Positions 52,662 through 63,526 of a stretch of DNA of 64,000 bases are shown piece after piece. Under the pieces are notes generated by a model that was not told the origin of the DNA, ran no database searches, and saw only the letters and a program-made list of their open reading frames with translations. The translations under genes and the position numbers were made by a program. The stretch comes from an uncultured Chloroflexia bacterium (GTDB lineage: Bacteria; Chloroflexota; Limnocylindria; Limnocylindrales; CSP1-4). The stretch spans positions 367,858-431,857 of the forward strand of contig CAVQKO010000014.1 in assembly GCA_963713075.1 (NCBI GenBank), read 5' to 3'. Within the stretch, counting starts at the first letter, position 1. The number at the start of each line of letters is the position of its first letter.

Positions 52662-54145
52662 CGCCCTCGCCCCTTCCACCAGCGCCGAAACGACGGCGCC
52701 GCGAGCGGGCGCAGGTCGCGCGCCCGGAACCACGAGCCGGCAAGCCCGGGCAGCCGGAGTCCGCGCGTCCGGCCCCGCCTGGCGATCGCTCTCGACCCGA
52801 CCGCGCCGATGCGCTCAACCGCGTCGAGCCGGCCCGGCCCCGCGAACGCGGCGCCGAGTCCGCGCATCATGAGCGATTCCTGCGTCAGGGCCGACTGCCA
52901 TCCGTGCTGCTCGACCACCTTCGCGCGCAGGTGGACCAGGACCTCGGGGATGTCGATCCGCACGGGGCAGACCTCGAGGCACGCGCCGCACAGGGACGAC
53001 GCGTACGGGAGCGAGGCGGTCTGGGCATCGACCCTGCCCTGCGCGATGCCCCGGAGCTGCGGCGTGCGGATCGCCCCGATCGGGCCCGCGTAGGGCGAGC
53101 CGTAGGCGCGGCCGCCCGTCCGCCCGTAGACCGGGCACACGTTGAGGCACGCGCTGCACTTGATGCACCGCAGCGCCTGCCGGCCGACGGGGTCCGAGAG
53201 GGTCGAGGTGCGCCCGTTGTCGAGCAGCACGAGGTGGAACGCCTGCGGGCCGTCACCCGGGGTAACGCCGGTCCACATCGAGGTGTACGGGTTCATCCGC
53301 TCGGCGGTGGACGAGCGCGGGAGGAGCTGGAGGAGCACCTCGAGGTCCCGCCATCGCGGGATGACCTTCTCGATCCCCATGACCGTGATGAGTGTGTCGG
53401 GGAGCGTCAGGCACATCCGGCCGTTCCCCTCGGACTCGACCACGACGATCGTGCCGGTCTCGGCGACGGCGAAGTTGGCCCCCGACACGGCGACCCTCGC
53501 CCGGAGGAACTTCTCGCGCAGGTGGAGGCGGGCGGCCTCGGCGAGGTCGGCAGGGTCGTCGCCGAGGCCGTCGGGCGCCGGGCGGCCGGCGAGGCCCATC
53601 TCGCGCAGGAAGACCTCCCGGATCTCCGCGCGGTTGCGGTGGATGGCGGGGACGAGGAAGTGGCTCGGCAGGTCGCGGCCGAGCTGCACGATGAGCTCGG
53701 CGAGGTCCGTCTCCCAGGCCGCGATGCCGGCGGCCGCGAGCGCCCCGTTGAGCTCGATCTCCTGGGTCGCCATGCTCTTGACCTTGACCACCTCGTCGGC
53801 GCCGGCCGACTGTACGAGGCGCACGACGATCTCGTTCGCCTCCGCGGCATCCCGTGCCCAGTGGACGGTCCCGCCCGCGGCGGTGACACTGCGCTCGAGA
53901 GCCTCGAGCAGCTCGGGCAGCCTGGCGAGGGCCTCGTCCTTGATCGCGGCGCCGGCGAGGCGGAGCGCCTCCCAGTCGTCCCGCTCCGCGACGACCCGAG
54001 CGCGCTTGCCCCGGATCGTTGCGGTTGCCCGGCGGAGGTTCGCGCGCTGCTGGACGTCGGCGAGCGCGAGCCGGGCCGCCTCGGGAAACGGCGGCGTGCC
54101 CTCGAAGCGGGGCGTCGGCGGGGGGAGCGGGCGCTGCGCGGTCAC
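52658..54145 (-). CDS. lutB: Lactate utilization protein B (Fe-S)
   Basis: VKVKSM, ETDLAELIVQL, ESEGNGR, CIKCSACLNVCP and SSLCGACLEVCPV. Confidence 0.93.
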   Translation of the reverse strand: MTAQRPLPPPTPRFEGTPPFPEAARLALADVQQRANLRRATATIRGKRARVVAERDDWEALRLAGAAIKDEALARLPELLEALERSVTAAGGTVHWARDAAEANEIVVRLVQSAGADEVVKVKSMATQEIELNGALAAAGIAAWETDLAELIVQLGRDLPSHFLVPAIHRNRAEIREVFLREMGLAGRPAPDGLGDDPADLAEAARLHLREKFLRARVAVSGANFAVAETGTIVVVESEGNGRMCLTLPDTLITVMGIEKVIPRWRDLEVLLQLLPRSSTAERMNPYTSMWTGVTPGDGPQAFHLVLLDNGRTSTLSDPVGRQALRCIKCSACLNVCPVYGRTGGRAYGSPYAGPIGAIRTPQLRGIAQGRVDAQTASLPYASSLCGACLEVCPVRIDIPEVLVHLRAKVVEQHGWQSALTQESLMMRGLGAAFAGPGRLDAVERIGAVGSRAIARRGRTRGLRLPGLAGSWFRARDLRPLAAPSFRRWWKGRGR

Positions 54146-54876
54146 GCCGGGAGCGCCGCTGCGAGGATCTCGGCCAGGTGCATCACGCGGATGCGCGAAT
54201 GGCGCCGGCTCAGCAGCCCGCCGACGTGCATGAGGCACGACGTGTCGGCGGCGGTCAGAACCTCGGCGCCGCTCGCCTCGATCGCCGCGACCTTGTCGGC
54301 GCCCATCGCGACCGAGGTCGCCTCGTTCTTCACCGAGAACGTGCCGCCGAAGCCGCAGCACTGGTCGGCGCCGGGCAGCTCCACGAGGCGCAGCCCGCGC
54401 ACCGACTCGAGGACCCTGCGAGGGCGGTCGCCGATGCCGAGCAGGCGCGTCGAGTGGCAGGTCGGGTGGAGCGCCACGGCGTGGGGGAACCTCCCGCCCG
54501 GGATGGGGGCCCGGTTCACGTCAAGGAGGAATTCGGTCAACTCGTGGACCCGGGGCGCCAGGGCCTGCGCGGCCCCCTCGAGGCCCGGGTCGCCGCCGTG
54601 GCGGGCCACCGTCGCGTGGTGGTGCCGGACCATCGCGGCGCACGACGCGGACGGGGTCACGACGGCCTCGAATGCGCCGAACACGTCCGCGAAGCGCCGG
54701 ACGAGCGGCACGCAGGCGTCGCGGTACCCGGTGTTGAAGTGGACCTGTCCGCAGCAAGTCTGCCCGCGCGGGAACACAACCTCATGGCCCATCGCCTCGA
54801 GCAGGCGAACGGTGGCCCGTCCGACCTCCGGATACAGGGCGTCATTGAAGCAGGCTAGGAATAGCGCGACTCGCAC
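54142..54876 (-). CDS. lutA: Lactate utilization protein A (CCG domains)
   Basis: QTCCGQVHFNTG, HPTCH and CCGFGGTFSVKN. Confidence 0.92.
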   Translation of the reverse strand: MRVALFLACFNDALYPEVGRATVRLLEAMGHEVVFPRGQTCCGQVHFNTGYRDACVPLVRRFADVFGAFEAVVTPSASCAAMVRHHHATVARHGGDPGLEGAAQALAPRVHELTEFLLDVNRAPIPGGRFPHAVALHPTCHSTRLLGIGDRPRRVLESVRGLRLVELPGADQCCGFGGTFSVKNEATSVAMGADKVAAIEASGAEVLTAADTSCLMHVGGLLSRRHSRIRVMHLAEILAAALPA

Positions 54877-55071
54877 CGTGAGGCCTCATTGACCGGGGGG
54901 GCGGTGGCAGAAGTGGATCGCGGCTGGCGGAAGGCGGCCGCGACCAGGTATCGCGCGCGTCGACGGCGGTCTCGGAGACGCCGACTCGTCGGCCGGCTCG
55001 CCGCACGCCCCAGGCGCCTGGGGTTTGCGGCGCCCGGCGGGGAGAAGTGCCGCCGGGCGCCGCCGGGTTGG

Positions 55072-56262
55072 TCATTCGACCGGCAGGTGCAGCGGATAGA
55101 CCCCGTGCTCGCGGACGAGACTCACGATCTGGTCATACGTCTTGCCCGAGACGTCGCTGGCCACGGAGTGGTCGCTCATGAAGACGTAGCCGCCGCCCTC
55201 GGCGGCGCGGAGGCGGTGGAGGACCTCACGGCGCACCTCCTCGGGGTCTCCGCGCTCCCACACCCGAATGTCACTGTTGCCGCAGAACGTGAGGCGGTGG
55301 CCCAGGCGCTTGCGGAGCTCCACCACATCGAGGTCGGCCTTCGCCTCCAACGGGTTGTAGCCGTCCAAGCCGATCTCGATCATGTCCTCGAAGATGGCGT
55401 TGGCGTTGCCGCAACCGTGATACATGACGATCAGCCCGTGCTCGTGGGCGAGCTCGATGATCTTGGCGACGGTAGGCTTGTAGTACTTCCGCCAGTACGC
55501 AGGACTCATGAACAGGCTCTTGCGGTAGGCGACGTCGCCCCAGATCACGAGGCCGTCGAGGAGGCCGTCGGCTGCCTCGATCTGCGCCTTGGCGATCTCA
55601 TAGCTGAACTCGCCGATCCGGAGCAGCTGCTCCCCGAACCGCTCGGGATACTCGCCGATCCACATCAGCGTGTTGAGCTGGCCCAGGAGGCGAGTGGTGA
55701 TCTCCGAGGCCTCGGTCACGCTGCCGAAGACCGGGAAGTCTGCGTGGAGGGACTTGACGGTCTCCACCCAGGGCGGGCTGTTGCGCTCGAACCCGTCACC
55801 GACGCCGGCAATCTGGTTGTCGCCGGCCTCGAAGTAGCGGCGCCGGTCGTACGGGTCGTCGAACTCGAAGGCCTCGAGCTTCTCGATGGTGTCCGTCTCC
55901 CAGCTCACCTGCTCGGGCATGGGCAGGTCGAACCGCTTGCGGATCGTGGTCTCGAAGCCGGTCTTGACCACTACCTCCTCGTCGTCCTCGCGGATCGTCT
56001 CGAACGAGCGGATGTGGGGGTCCATGTTCGGGACGGTGACGATGTAGTCGAGGTCGTAGTGGTAGTAGGGGTCGGCGTCGGCGGCCAGGCCGAGCTCGCT
56101 GCGCCACCGATCGCGGAACTGGCCCCAGAAGAAATCCGTGATGGGGACTCGGTCCGCCTCCTCGTGGGCGAACGTCTTTCGGACGCGGTCGAGCTTGGCG
56201 AGGGTCTCGGGCTTGCGCGCCTCGGTGCCGCCCCGTCCGTAGGTCTCGAACATGCCAGGCAT
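55072..56262 (-). CDS. Uroporphyrinogen decarboxylase-like protein (MtaA/CmuA-type methyltransferase family)
   Basis: HEEADRVP, GDVAYRKSLFMSP, YHGCG, NPLEAKA and GGGYVFMSDHSV; adjacent to a corrinoid protein. Confidence 0.8.
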   Translation of the reverse strand: MPGMFETYGRGGTEARKPETLAKLDRVRKTFAHEEADRVPITDFFWGQFRDRWRSELGLAADADPYYHYDLDYIVTVPNMDPHIRSFETIREDDEEVVVKTGFETTIRKRFDLPMPEQVSWETDTIEKLEAFEFDDPYDRRRYFEAGDNQIAGVGDGFERNSPPWVETVKSLHADFPVFGSVTEASEITTRLLGQLNTLMWIGEYPERFGEQLLRIGEFSYEIAKAQIEAADGLLDGLVIWGDVAYRKSLFMSPAYWRKYYKPTVAKIIELAHEHGLIVMYHGCGNANAIFEDMIEIGLDGYNPLEAKADLDVVELRKRLGHRLTFCGNSDIRVWERGDPEEVRREVLHRLRAAEGGGYVFMSDHSVASDVSGKTYDQIVSLVREHGVYPLHLPVE

Positions 56263-56266
56263 CGGG

Positions 56267-56893
56267 TCAGCCCGCCAGCAGCGACTTGGCCAGGTCGACC
56301 GCGGACCCGGCATCGGGGGCGAAGCCGTCGGCGCCGATCTGCTCGGCGAACTCGGGCGTCGTCGGCGCGCCGCCGATCATGACCTTCGTGTTGAGCCCGG
56401 ACGCCTTGATCGCCTCGACCACCTTGCGCATGTTCGGCATCGTGGTCGTCAGCAGCGCGCTCAGGCCGATCAGCCGGGCATCGTGCTCTCGGGCGGCAGC
56501 GACGAACCGCTCCGCCGGGACGTTCACCCCGAGGTCGACGACGGCGATCGCCGCGCCCTTGAGCATCATCCCGACCAGGTTCTTGCCGATGTCGTGCAGG
56601 TCGCCCTCGACCGTGCCCACGACCGCGGTGTGCTCCGGGCGGATGCCCGCCTCCACCAGGACGGGCTCCAGGATCGCGGTGGCCTCCTTCATGGCGCGAG
56701 CCGCGATCAGCATCTCCGGGACGAAGATGTCGCCGTCCTGGAAGCGCTTGCCGATGATCCCCATGGCGTCGGTCATGGCGTCGAGGATCTGCTGCGGCGG
56801 AATGCCGGCTCCGAGCGCCTCGTTTGTGTGCTGCACGGCCGACGCTCGGTCGCCCGCCTCGATCGCGAGCGACAGCCCGCCCAAATCGGCCAT
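56267..56893 (-). CDS. Corrinoid (B12-binding) methyl-carrier protein
   Basis: Cap domain FVPEMLIAARAM, GTVEGDLHDIGKNLV (DxHxxG), SALLTTT and IGGAP. Confidence 0.93.
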   Translation of the reverse strand: MADLGGLSLAIEAGDRASAVQHTNEALGAGIPPQQILDAMTDAMGIIGKRFQDGDIFVPEMLIAARAMKEATAILEPVLVEAGIRPEHTAVVGTVEGDLHDIGKNLVGMMLKGAAIAVVDLGVNVPAERFVAAAREHDARLIGLSALLTTTMPNMRKVVEAIKASGLNTKVMIGGAPTTPEFAEQIGADGFAPDAGSAVDLAKSLLAG

Positions 56894-56955
56894 TGCTCCG
56901 GACTCCTCTCGGTCTTGCGGGCTCGCCGTCTCAAGACGGCACGGCCCCGTGGGTG

Positions 56956-58277
56956 CTACTCGTTGACCAGCCGCATCGCGACCTCGACCCACTCCTCGAG
57001 CCGGCGCGGCTCGTAGCGGATCGTGCTCACGTCCTTGAGGATGAACTCGACCGGGGTGCCGGTGTGCCGGCACGTCTCGATCGTCGCGCGCAGCTCCCTC
57101 TCGACCGCGTTCGGGTCCCAGCCGTCCATCGCGAGGAGAGCAGGGTTCGGCTTCCGGGACATCACATAGTCATGGCCGATGCCATCGGCGCCGCGGTCGA
57201 TGTTGGCCCATGGGCTCATCGAGATCTTGCGAACGTTGGGGATGGTGCGGATGTGGTCGATGTTCCGGTCGAGGACGTCGCAGCAGCCGTAATACCCGAG
57301 GCCGAAGCGCGCAAACCAGCGCGAGGTTTGCTCCACCTCGAACTCGCGGAACATCTTGGGCGACGCGGAGGTGAAGACCTGTGCCATGCCCATCGTCCAC
57401 AGGTCCTCGGCCCGGGGCCGCTCATGATCGAAGCCGGGGTGCGGCAGTTCGTCGGTCCATGCAGGGGTACAGTGGACCAGCGCCATCGAGTGGCCGAGCA
57501 GGCTCTGCGCCTCCATCTGGTCGAGCATGCCGAGATGCGCGGTGACCAGCCGGTCCATGATCGCGTGCAGGTGCTCCGGGCGGTCGACCAGGTCGATGAG
57601 GACTGCGTCCACGCCGCGCCAGAAGGCGATCGTGTCCCAGAAGTTCGCGCCACCCGCCAGCAGTTCGTCCGGCCAGTCGTGAACCAGTGACCGCGTCTCC
57701 GGCTGCGACTCCAGGCCCGGCCACTGGTTGGTGCTCGGCACCCAGCCCTGCAGCCTCACGGGGAGGATCCCGTCGAAGACCGCGCGGGCCTGCTCCTCGA
57801 TCCGGGCGGTGGTCTCGGTGTCCAGCCAGACCTTGGGCATCCGGATCTTGAGCGCGTCCTCTTCGTGCTCGAGCTGATCGAAGAAGTGGTGCGAGACGAT
57901 GGTGTTGGCGGCATCGACCGCCTCGGTCTCCTCGTGCATCTCGATCCCGAAGCCGTCGAGCCGGAGCACCTTCGGGATCAGCAGCTCGGGCTCCACGACC
58001 ATGTCGGCCCGGAAGTGCTGCCACCGGTAGAGGGTTCGCCGGAGGTCGATCTCCAGCCCCCGGTAGAACGGGTCCTCGCACATCGTGACGAGATCGGGGT
58101 CGACGCCATCTCGTGCCACGGCAGCTGGTCGATCGCGACCATGGGCCGCGTTGCCCGCAGGCCGTTGAGGTCCTTCCACAGGGAGATCGTCTCCTGCTGG
58201 ACGGGCAGGGCGGCGATCTCGGCGACACGACTCCCGAGTTCCCGCAGGACCTGACGGTCCGCCGCGACGCCGATCAT
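56956..58277 (-). CDS. UROD/methyltransferase-like hypothetical protein with frameshift near 58107
   Basis: N-terminus (LRELG..RPMV..LPWHEM) is in one frame and the rest (SPKMFREF, YYGCCD, RKISMSPW, RKPNP, LKDVSTI) in another; one missing base reconciles them. Confidence 0.7.
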
Positions 58278-58681
58278 TGCGTCTGACCCTCCCGGACGCC
58301 GCGAGCGTCCGCTCAGCTACCCGCCGGAGACGGCACGACCTCAGTGCCGGTCGCCCAGCATCACCAGCCTACCATCGTTCTAGGGGGTGGTATATCGATT
58401 TTTCGCAGACTTGTTCCGTGTTCATGGGGCACGTGGGCACCTAGGTGGGCAAGCATCATGCACACATGACCGGCCCGCGGCCTGCGTCTGGACGACGGCG
58501 GCTGTCGCGCTGCCAGCAGGTCGCATCCCAAAACCACTATCAGGGACGCGATGATAGCGATCCCAGTTGACAAGGCCATCATGCGGTCGTCCCGAGTTGG
58601 CCGCCCGGCTCGGACGACTGGTTGACACTGCCGGAAGGCCTCCCTACCGTGGCTGCGGTCCATCCCATCGAGGAGCACGCC

Positions 58682-59544
58682 TTGGCGGTCATCGATTCCC
58701 ACCAGCATTTCCGGGACCCGTCGCGGGTCCCGTACGATTGGCTTGGGCCTGACCTCGGACCAATCAACCGCGCCATCGAGTTCCCCACTTGGCGCCGCTG
58801 CTCGCGGCCACGGGCGTCGAGCGGACGGTCCTGGTCCAGTCCGCTGACAACACCGCGGACACGGACTACATGTTCGAGGTTGCGGCGGCGCACCCCGAGA
58901 TCGCCGCGGTGGTCGGTTGGGTGCCGCTCGACGATCCCGAGACGACCGCCACCCGCCGCCTGAACTGCGTGCCAACCCCGTCTTCGCGGGGATCCGGACC
59001 GATCCACACGAAGCGAGACCCAGACTGGCTGCTCCGGGCCGACGTGGACGCATCGCTCGGCATCCTCGCCGCCGCAGGCGTGCCGTTCGATGCGGTGTCG
59101 GCGCCGCCGCGCCACCTGGAGCACGTCCCGAGCCTCTGAACCGCCACCCAGACCTGCTGATGGTCATCGACCACATGTCGAAGCCGCCCATCAAGGCGGG
59201 CGACTACGAGCCGTGGCGAACCCTGACCGCAGGGCCGCCGAGAACCCGCGGGTCTACGCGAAGGTCTCCGGGCTGTACCCGGCCGTCGGCGACCTCGCGG
59301 CCTGGTCGGCAGACGATGTCCGGCCCAACCTCGAGCTGGCGCTCCAGCTGTTCGGGGCCGATCGGCTGATGTTCGGCGGCGATTGGCCGATCTCGGTGCT
59401 TGCGGGCGGGTACGTGCGTGTGTGGGAGGAGCTCTCGATCCTGTTCGACGAGCTCGCTCCCGGCGAACGGTCGGTGATCCTGGGCCGCACAGCCGCCTCC
59501 TTCTACTCGATCGGGGACGATCGTCTGCCGGGAGGCGCTCGTGA
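58682..59544 (+). pseudogene. Amidohydrolase 2 (L-fuconolactonase-like) with several frameshifts
   Basis: IDSHQHF, TVLVQSA, VVGWVPL, IDHMSKP, YAKVSGL and LFGADRLMFGGDWP, spread over several frames. Confidence 0.72.
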
Positions 59545-60618
59545 TCGACCAGTTCGCGCCGATTGCCAGTGCCTGCAGGATCGAGGTCGCGGCCGCGTAC
59601 CGGCTGCCCATCGCGATCGTGGGGGCGGGGGCGATCGTCGACGTAGCGCACCTCCCGGCATACCGTGCAGCCGGCCTCGAGGTCGTGGGCCTGTACGACC
59701 ACCACCCGGGACGTGCTGCCGAGGTTGCGGAGCGCCACGGGGTCGGCAGAGTCTTCGCGTCGCTCGACGAGCTGCTCGCGGACGACCGGGTCGCGGTCGT
59801 GGACGTGGCGGTCACCGCGTCCGCCCAGCCGGAGATCGTCCGCCGCGTCCTCGAGTCTGGTCGACATGTGCTTGCCCAGAAGCCGTTCGCGCCGGACCCG
59901 GGCACCGGCCAGGCGCTTGTGGACCTTGCCGAGGCCCGTGGCCTGGCGCTCGTGGTCAACCAGCAGCTCCGTCCGAGGAGGGGATGGTCGCCGCGCACCG
60001 CATGGTCGAGCTCGGCTGGATCGGCGACGTCACGTGCATGTCCATCACGGTCAACATCTGGACGGAGTGGACAGCCTGGCCCTGGACGCTCGGGCGCCGC
60101 GCCTCGAGGTGATGGTCCACTCGATCCACTATCACGACGTCGTCCGCTGGTTCTTGGGCGAGCCGTCGCTCGTGTTCAGCGTGGCCGGGCGCACGCCGGG
60201 CCAGGCGCCTGTCGCCGAGACGCGCTCCGTCACGACGTCCTCGTACCCCTCAGGCGCGGTGTCGGTCATCCACGCTAACCACGAGAACAGCCAGGGCGAC
60301 AACCTCGCAGCCTTCCGCATCGACGCCTCGCGTGGCGCCATCCGAGGCACACTCGGCCTGCTTTACGACTACCCGTCGGGCCGACCCGACACCCTCGAGA
60401 TCAACACAGCGTGCCGCCGACCGACGGCTGGGTCCCTATTCCGTCGGCTCGCGCTGGGTTCCGGATGCGTTCCTGGGGCCCATGGCTTCGCTGCTCCGGT
60501 CCATCGCCACGGATCCACGCCGCGCTCAAGCGGCCGCGACAACGTCGGCACGCTTCGGCAGCTCGAGCGGATCTACACGTCCATGGAGACGGGCAAAGCG
60601 GTGAAGGTCAGCGGCTGA
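59541..60618 (+). pseudogene. Gfo/Idh/MocA family oxidoreductase with frameshifts
   Basis: IAIVGAGAIV..HLPAY, HVLAQKP and VNQQLR; HSIHYHD and DAFLGPM lie in different frames. Confidence 0.72.
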
Positions 60619-60653
60619 ACGCCCTGGGTGCAGGGCCGGGCGGTCGCTGCTGA

Positions 60654-61121
60654 TCAGGCAGGCGTCGCCCCGGTGGCGCGCTTCTCGACGACGTACACGT
60701 GCACCAGTGCCAGCACCACCTCGCCAGACTGGTTGGAAGTGGTGACGGTTTCCTCGACCACGCCGAGCGTGTCGGGACGCTTCCGGTGGTCGCCCAGGCT
60801 GGAGATCTCGGCCCGTACCGTGATCGTGTCGCCGATGAACACTGGCCGCACAAACCGGACCTTGTCGTACCCGTAGCTCATCGCCCGCGGGTTGATGTCG
60901 CCCGCGGTCATCCCGACCGCCAGGGACATCACGAGCGTGCCGTGGGCCATGCGACGCCCAAACGGCTGCGTGGCGCACCAATCCGCGTCCATGTGGTGCG
61001 GGAAGAAGTCGCCCGTCTGTCCCGCGTGCAGCACGATGTCCGCCTCGGTCACCGTTCGGCCCGTCGTCGTGCGGGCGGCGCCGACCTCGTAGTCCTCGAA
61101 GAACGCTTCGACGACCCTCAT
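60654..61121 (-). CDS. MaoC family dehydratase
   Basis: [23 protein letters not shown] and [18 protein letters not shown]. Confidence 0.9.
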   Translation of the reverse strand: MRVVEAFFEDYEVGAARTTTGRTVTEADIVLHAGQTGDFFPHHMDADWCATQPFGRRMAHGTLVMSLAVGMTAGDINPRAMSYGYDKVRFVRPVFIGDTITVRAEISSLGDHRKRPDTLGVVEETVTTSNQSGEVVLALVHVYVVEKRATGATPA

Positions 61122-62263
61122 CTCCGGTTGCTCCCTTCCAGCCGCCGTGAGCAGATCTCATCAGCCCGCACGAGGCAGGCCTGGTCCGCCAGCTCGCCCC
61201 GGAGCGCCCGGTTGATCAGGATGCCTACCTCGTCCTGCACGTCCAGCCAGCCCTCGAAGCGGGGGCGGACCCAGGCGCCGTCGAGCGTCCGGCGCGTCGC
61301 CCGGAAGAAGTCGAGGCTATCGTCGTTCAGGCCCGCGTCCTCCAGGCGGCGAGATTCGCCGGCTGTCCGCCCGACGCGTAGTACACACCTCGCTGGACCT
61401 CGGCGCTGGCCAGCCAGAAGGCGTGGGCGACAGCGGCCTCGCGGTCTGCCGCGAAGGCAGACACCGCGATCCCAGCGCCACCGAGACACGATCCTGCGAC
61501 GCCGCCCGGCCCAGCCGGCATGTCGGTGTAGGCGATGCGGTGCGGGCGGAACCCGGCTCGACTGTAGTTCGTGTAGCCGAAGGCGAGCGGCGCATAGCAC
61601 CACCGGTCGTCGGTGGAGAGCCGCTCGGCTGTCTGGATCGGATCTTCATCGAGGCAGGCAGGATCCACTTGGTCCGCCATCAGGTGGAGGGTCTCGAGGA
61701 TGCCGTCCCGCCTCCCGTGCGACGAACCCGCTCTCGGCGATGGGGATCCCGCGGTTCGCGGCCACAGTGAGGAAGCTCGAGATCGCGTCGACCGGCTTGG
61801 CGGGCCACAGCACGCGGCCCGTCCGCGCTAGCTCGAGGACCTCGTCCCAGGTCGACGGCGGTTCAGGCACGAGGTCCGGTCGGTAGAGGGCCACCTGCGC
61901 CGCGGCGTCGATGGCGAGACCGTATTGGTGGCCGCCGTGCGCGTACGTCGCGTGTGATGGACCCACGGCTTGCAGTGCCAGACAGTCGAGCGCGTCGTCA
62001 CGACCGGACTCGTCCAGCGCGACGAGGACCCCGGCGGCAGCCGCGCGGGGAATATGCGGGTGGTCGATCACGAGCAGGTCGTATTCGCGGGCGAGTGCCT
62101 CGAGGGGCTGGTCGGCGAACCCCTGCAGGGAGCGGGCCCGCCACTCCACCCGGACCCCGGGGCCCAGCCTCTCGTAGGCCGCGGCGGCCCCTTGCACGCT
62201 CGCGAGTCCGCGCGGATGGTCCCAGGTCATGCCCCGCAGCACTGTGGCGGCTCGGCTGCTCAT
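61118..62263 (-). pseudogene. Sugar-type solute-binding protein without signal peptide, frameshifted
   Basis: LRGMTWDHPRG, YDLLVIDHPH, AIDAAAQV, FGYTNYSR, LGGAGIAVSA and FFRATRRTLDGAWVRPR across three frames. Confidence 0.72.
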
Positions 62264-63487
62264 GCGCCGGAACCCGACTCGGCGTCTGGGCGCAGGCCGA
62301 GCTCGCGGTCGATCGCCGTCGTGTGCTCGCCGAGACGCGGCGCCCGCGGTCGGCGTGCAGGACTGCTCCGTCGATGCGCAGGGGGACCGCGTCGTCTTCA
62401 TGCGGGCCTCGCTCATGCCGTCGACCGCCGGCCGCCTGACCTCCTGGTCCATGCGCAGCGCGCGAAACCCCTCGTGGTCGACGAGCTCCGGGAGTGTCAG
62501 GACCGGCGCGCACCAGACATCCGCGGGCCGGAGGAGGGACAGCCAGTGCTCCGTGGACTGCTGGCCGAGGTGGGCCGCGAGGAGCAGCTCGATGCGATCG
62601 CGCTCGGTCCACCACGTCTGCGGGTCCGTGTAGGACTCGAGAACTGCCAGCCCGATCAGGGCGCCGATCCGCGGCACCGGGTTCATGGCGATCGCCAGGT
62701 ACCCGTCGGCCGTCGGGTAGACGCCGTACGGAGCCGGGAGGAAGGCGTTGGCGCCATGGAGGCCACCCCGCTCCACGACGACGGACCGGTCGTTGAGATG
62801 GGCGCTGAGCAGCTCGAACTGCAGGTCGAGCATCCCCTCGATGAGGCTGGTCTCGACGAGGCCGCCCTCACCCGTCCGCTCGCGCCGGAGCAGCAGCGCG
62901 GTGATGCCGTGCGCGAGGTGAATCGAGGCGAGCAGATCGGCGATGGACAGGCCGACCGGGATCGGGCCATCGTCGCGGCTCCCGCTCAGCCAGGGAAGCC
63001 CGGAAGTGGACTGGGCGAGCAGGTCTTGCCCCGGCAGATCTCGCCAAGGCCCGTCTGGGCCATAGCCGGTGACGCTCCCGTAGACGAGCTTCGGGTTCAG
63101 GGCGCGCGCGGATGCGTAGTCGAGCCCGATCCGCTCCATCACGCCGGGCCGGAAGTTCTGGATGAGCACATCGGCCTGCGCAACGAGACGTCTGACGGCC
63201 GCGAGGTCCGCGCTGTCCTTCAGGTCCGCGGCATAGCTGTCCTTGCCGCGGTTCATTATCTGGAATGACAGCGTGTCGCCGTCGAGGGTCATGCCGGCAA
63301 ACGCGAGCGTGCGCCCGAGGTCGCCGGCTCCGGGCCGCTCCACCTTGATCACGCGCGCGCCGAGGTCTGCCAGCCGTAGGGCCGCCACGGGGCCCGCAAG
63401 GAACTGGCTGAAGTCCACGACCAAGAGCCCGTCCAGGGGCAGGACCGGTGCCCCCGACGCCGAGGCCTTATCACGTCCGCGTGCCAC
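62260..63487 (-). CDS. CaiB/BaiF family III CoA-transferase, frameshifted near the C-terminus
   Basis: PLDGLLVVDFSQFLAGP, LGARVIKVE, NRGK, NFRPGVMER and GQDLLAQ. Confidence 0.85.
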
Positions 63488-63526
63488 GCATCCTCCTCGG
63501 AGCTTCGCTGCCGTTTGGGGATCTAG

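Noticed and set aside
61646-63487. 613-aa CoA-transferase/SBP fusion
   Set aside because: The junction is out-of-frame-like sequence in an indel-rich region, and the SBP has its own ATG at 62263.
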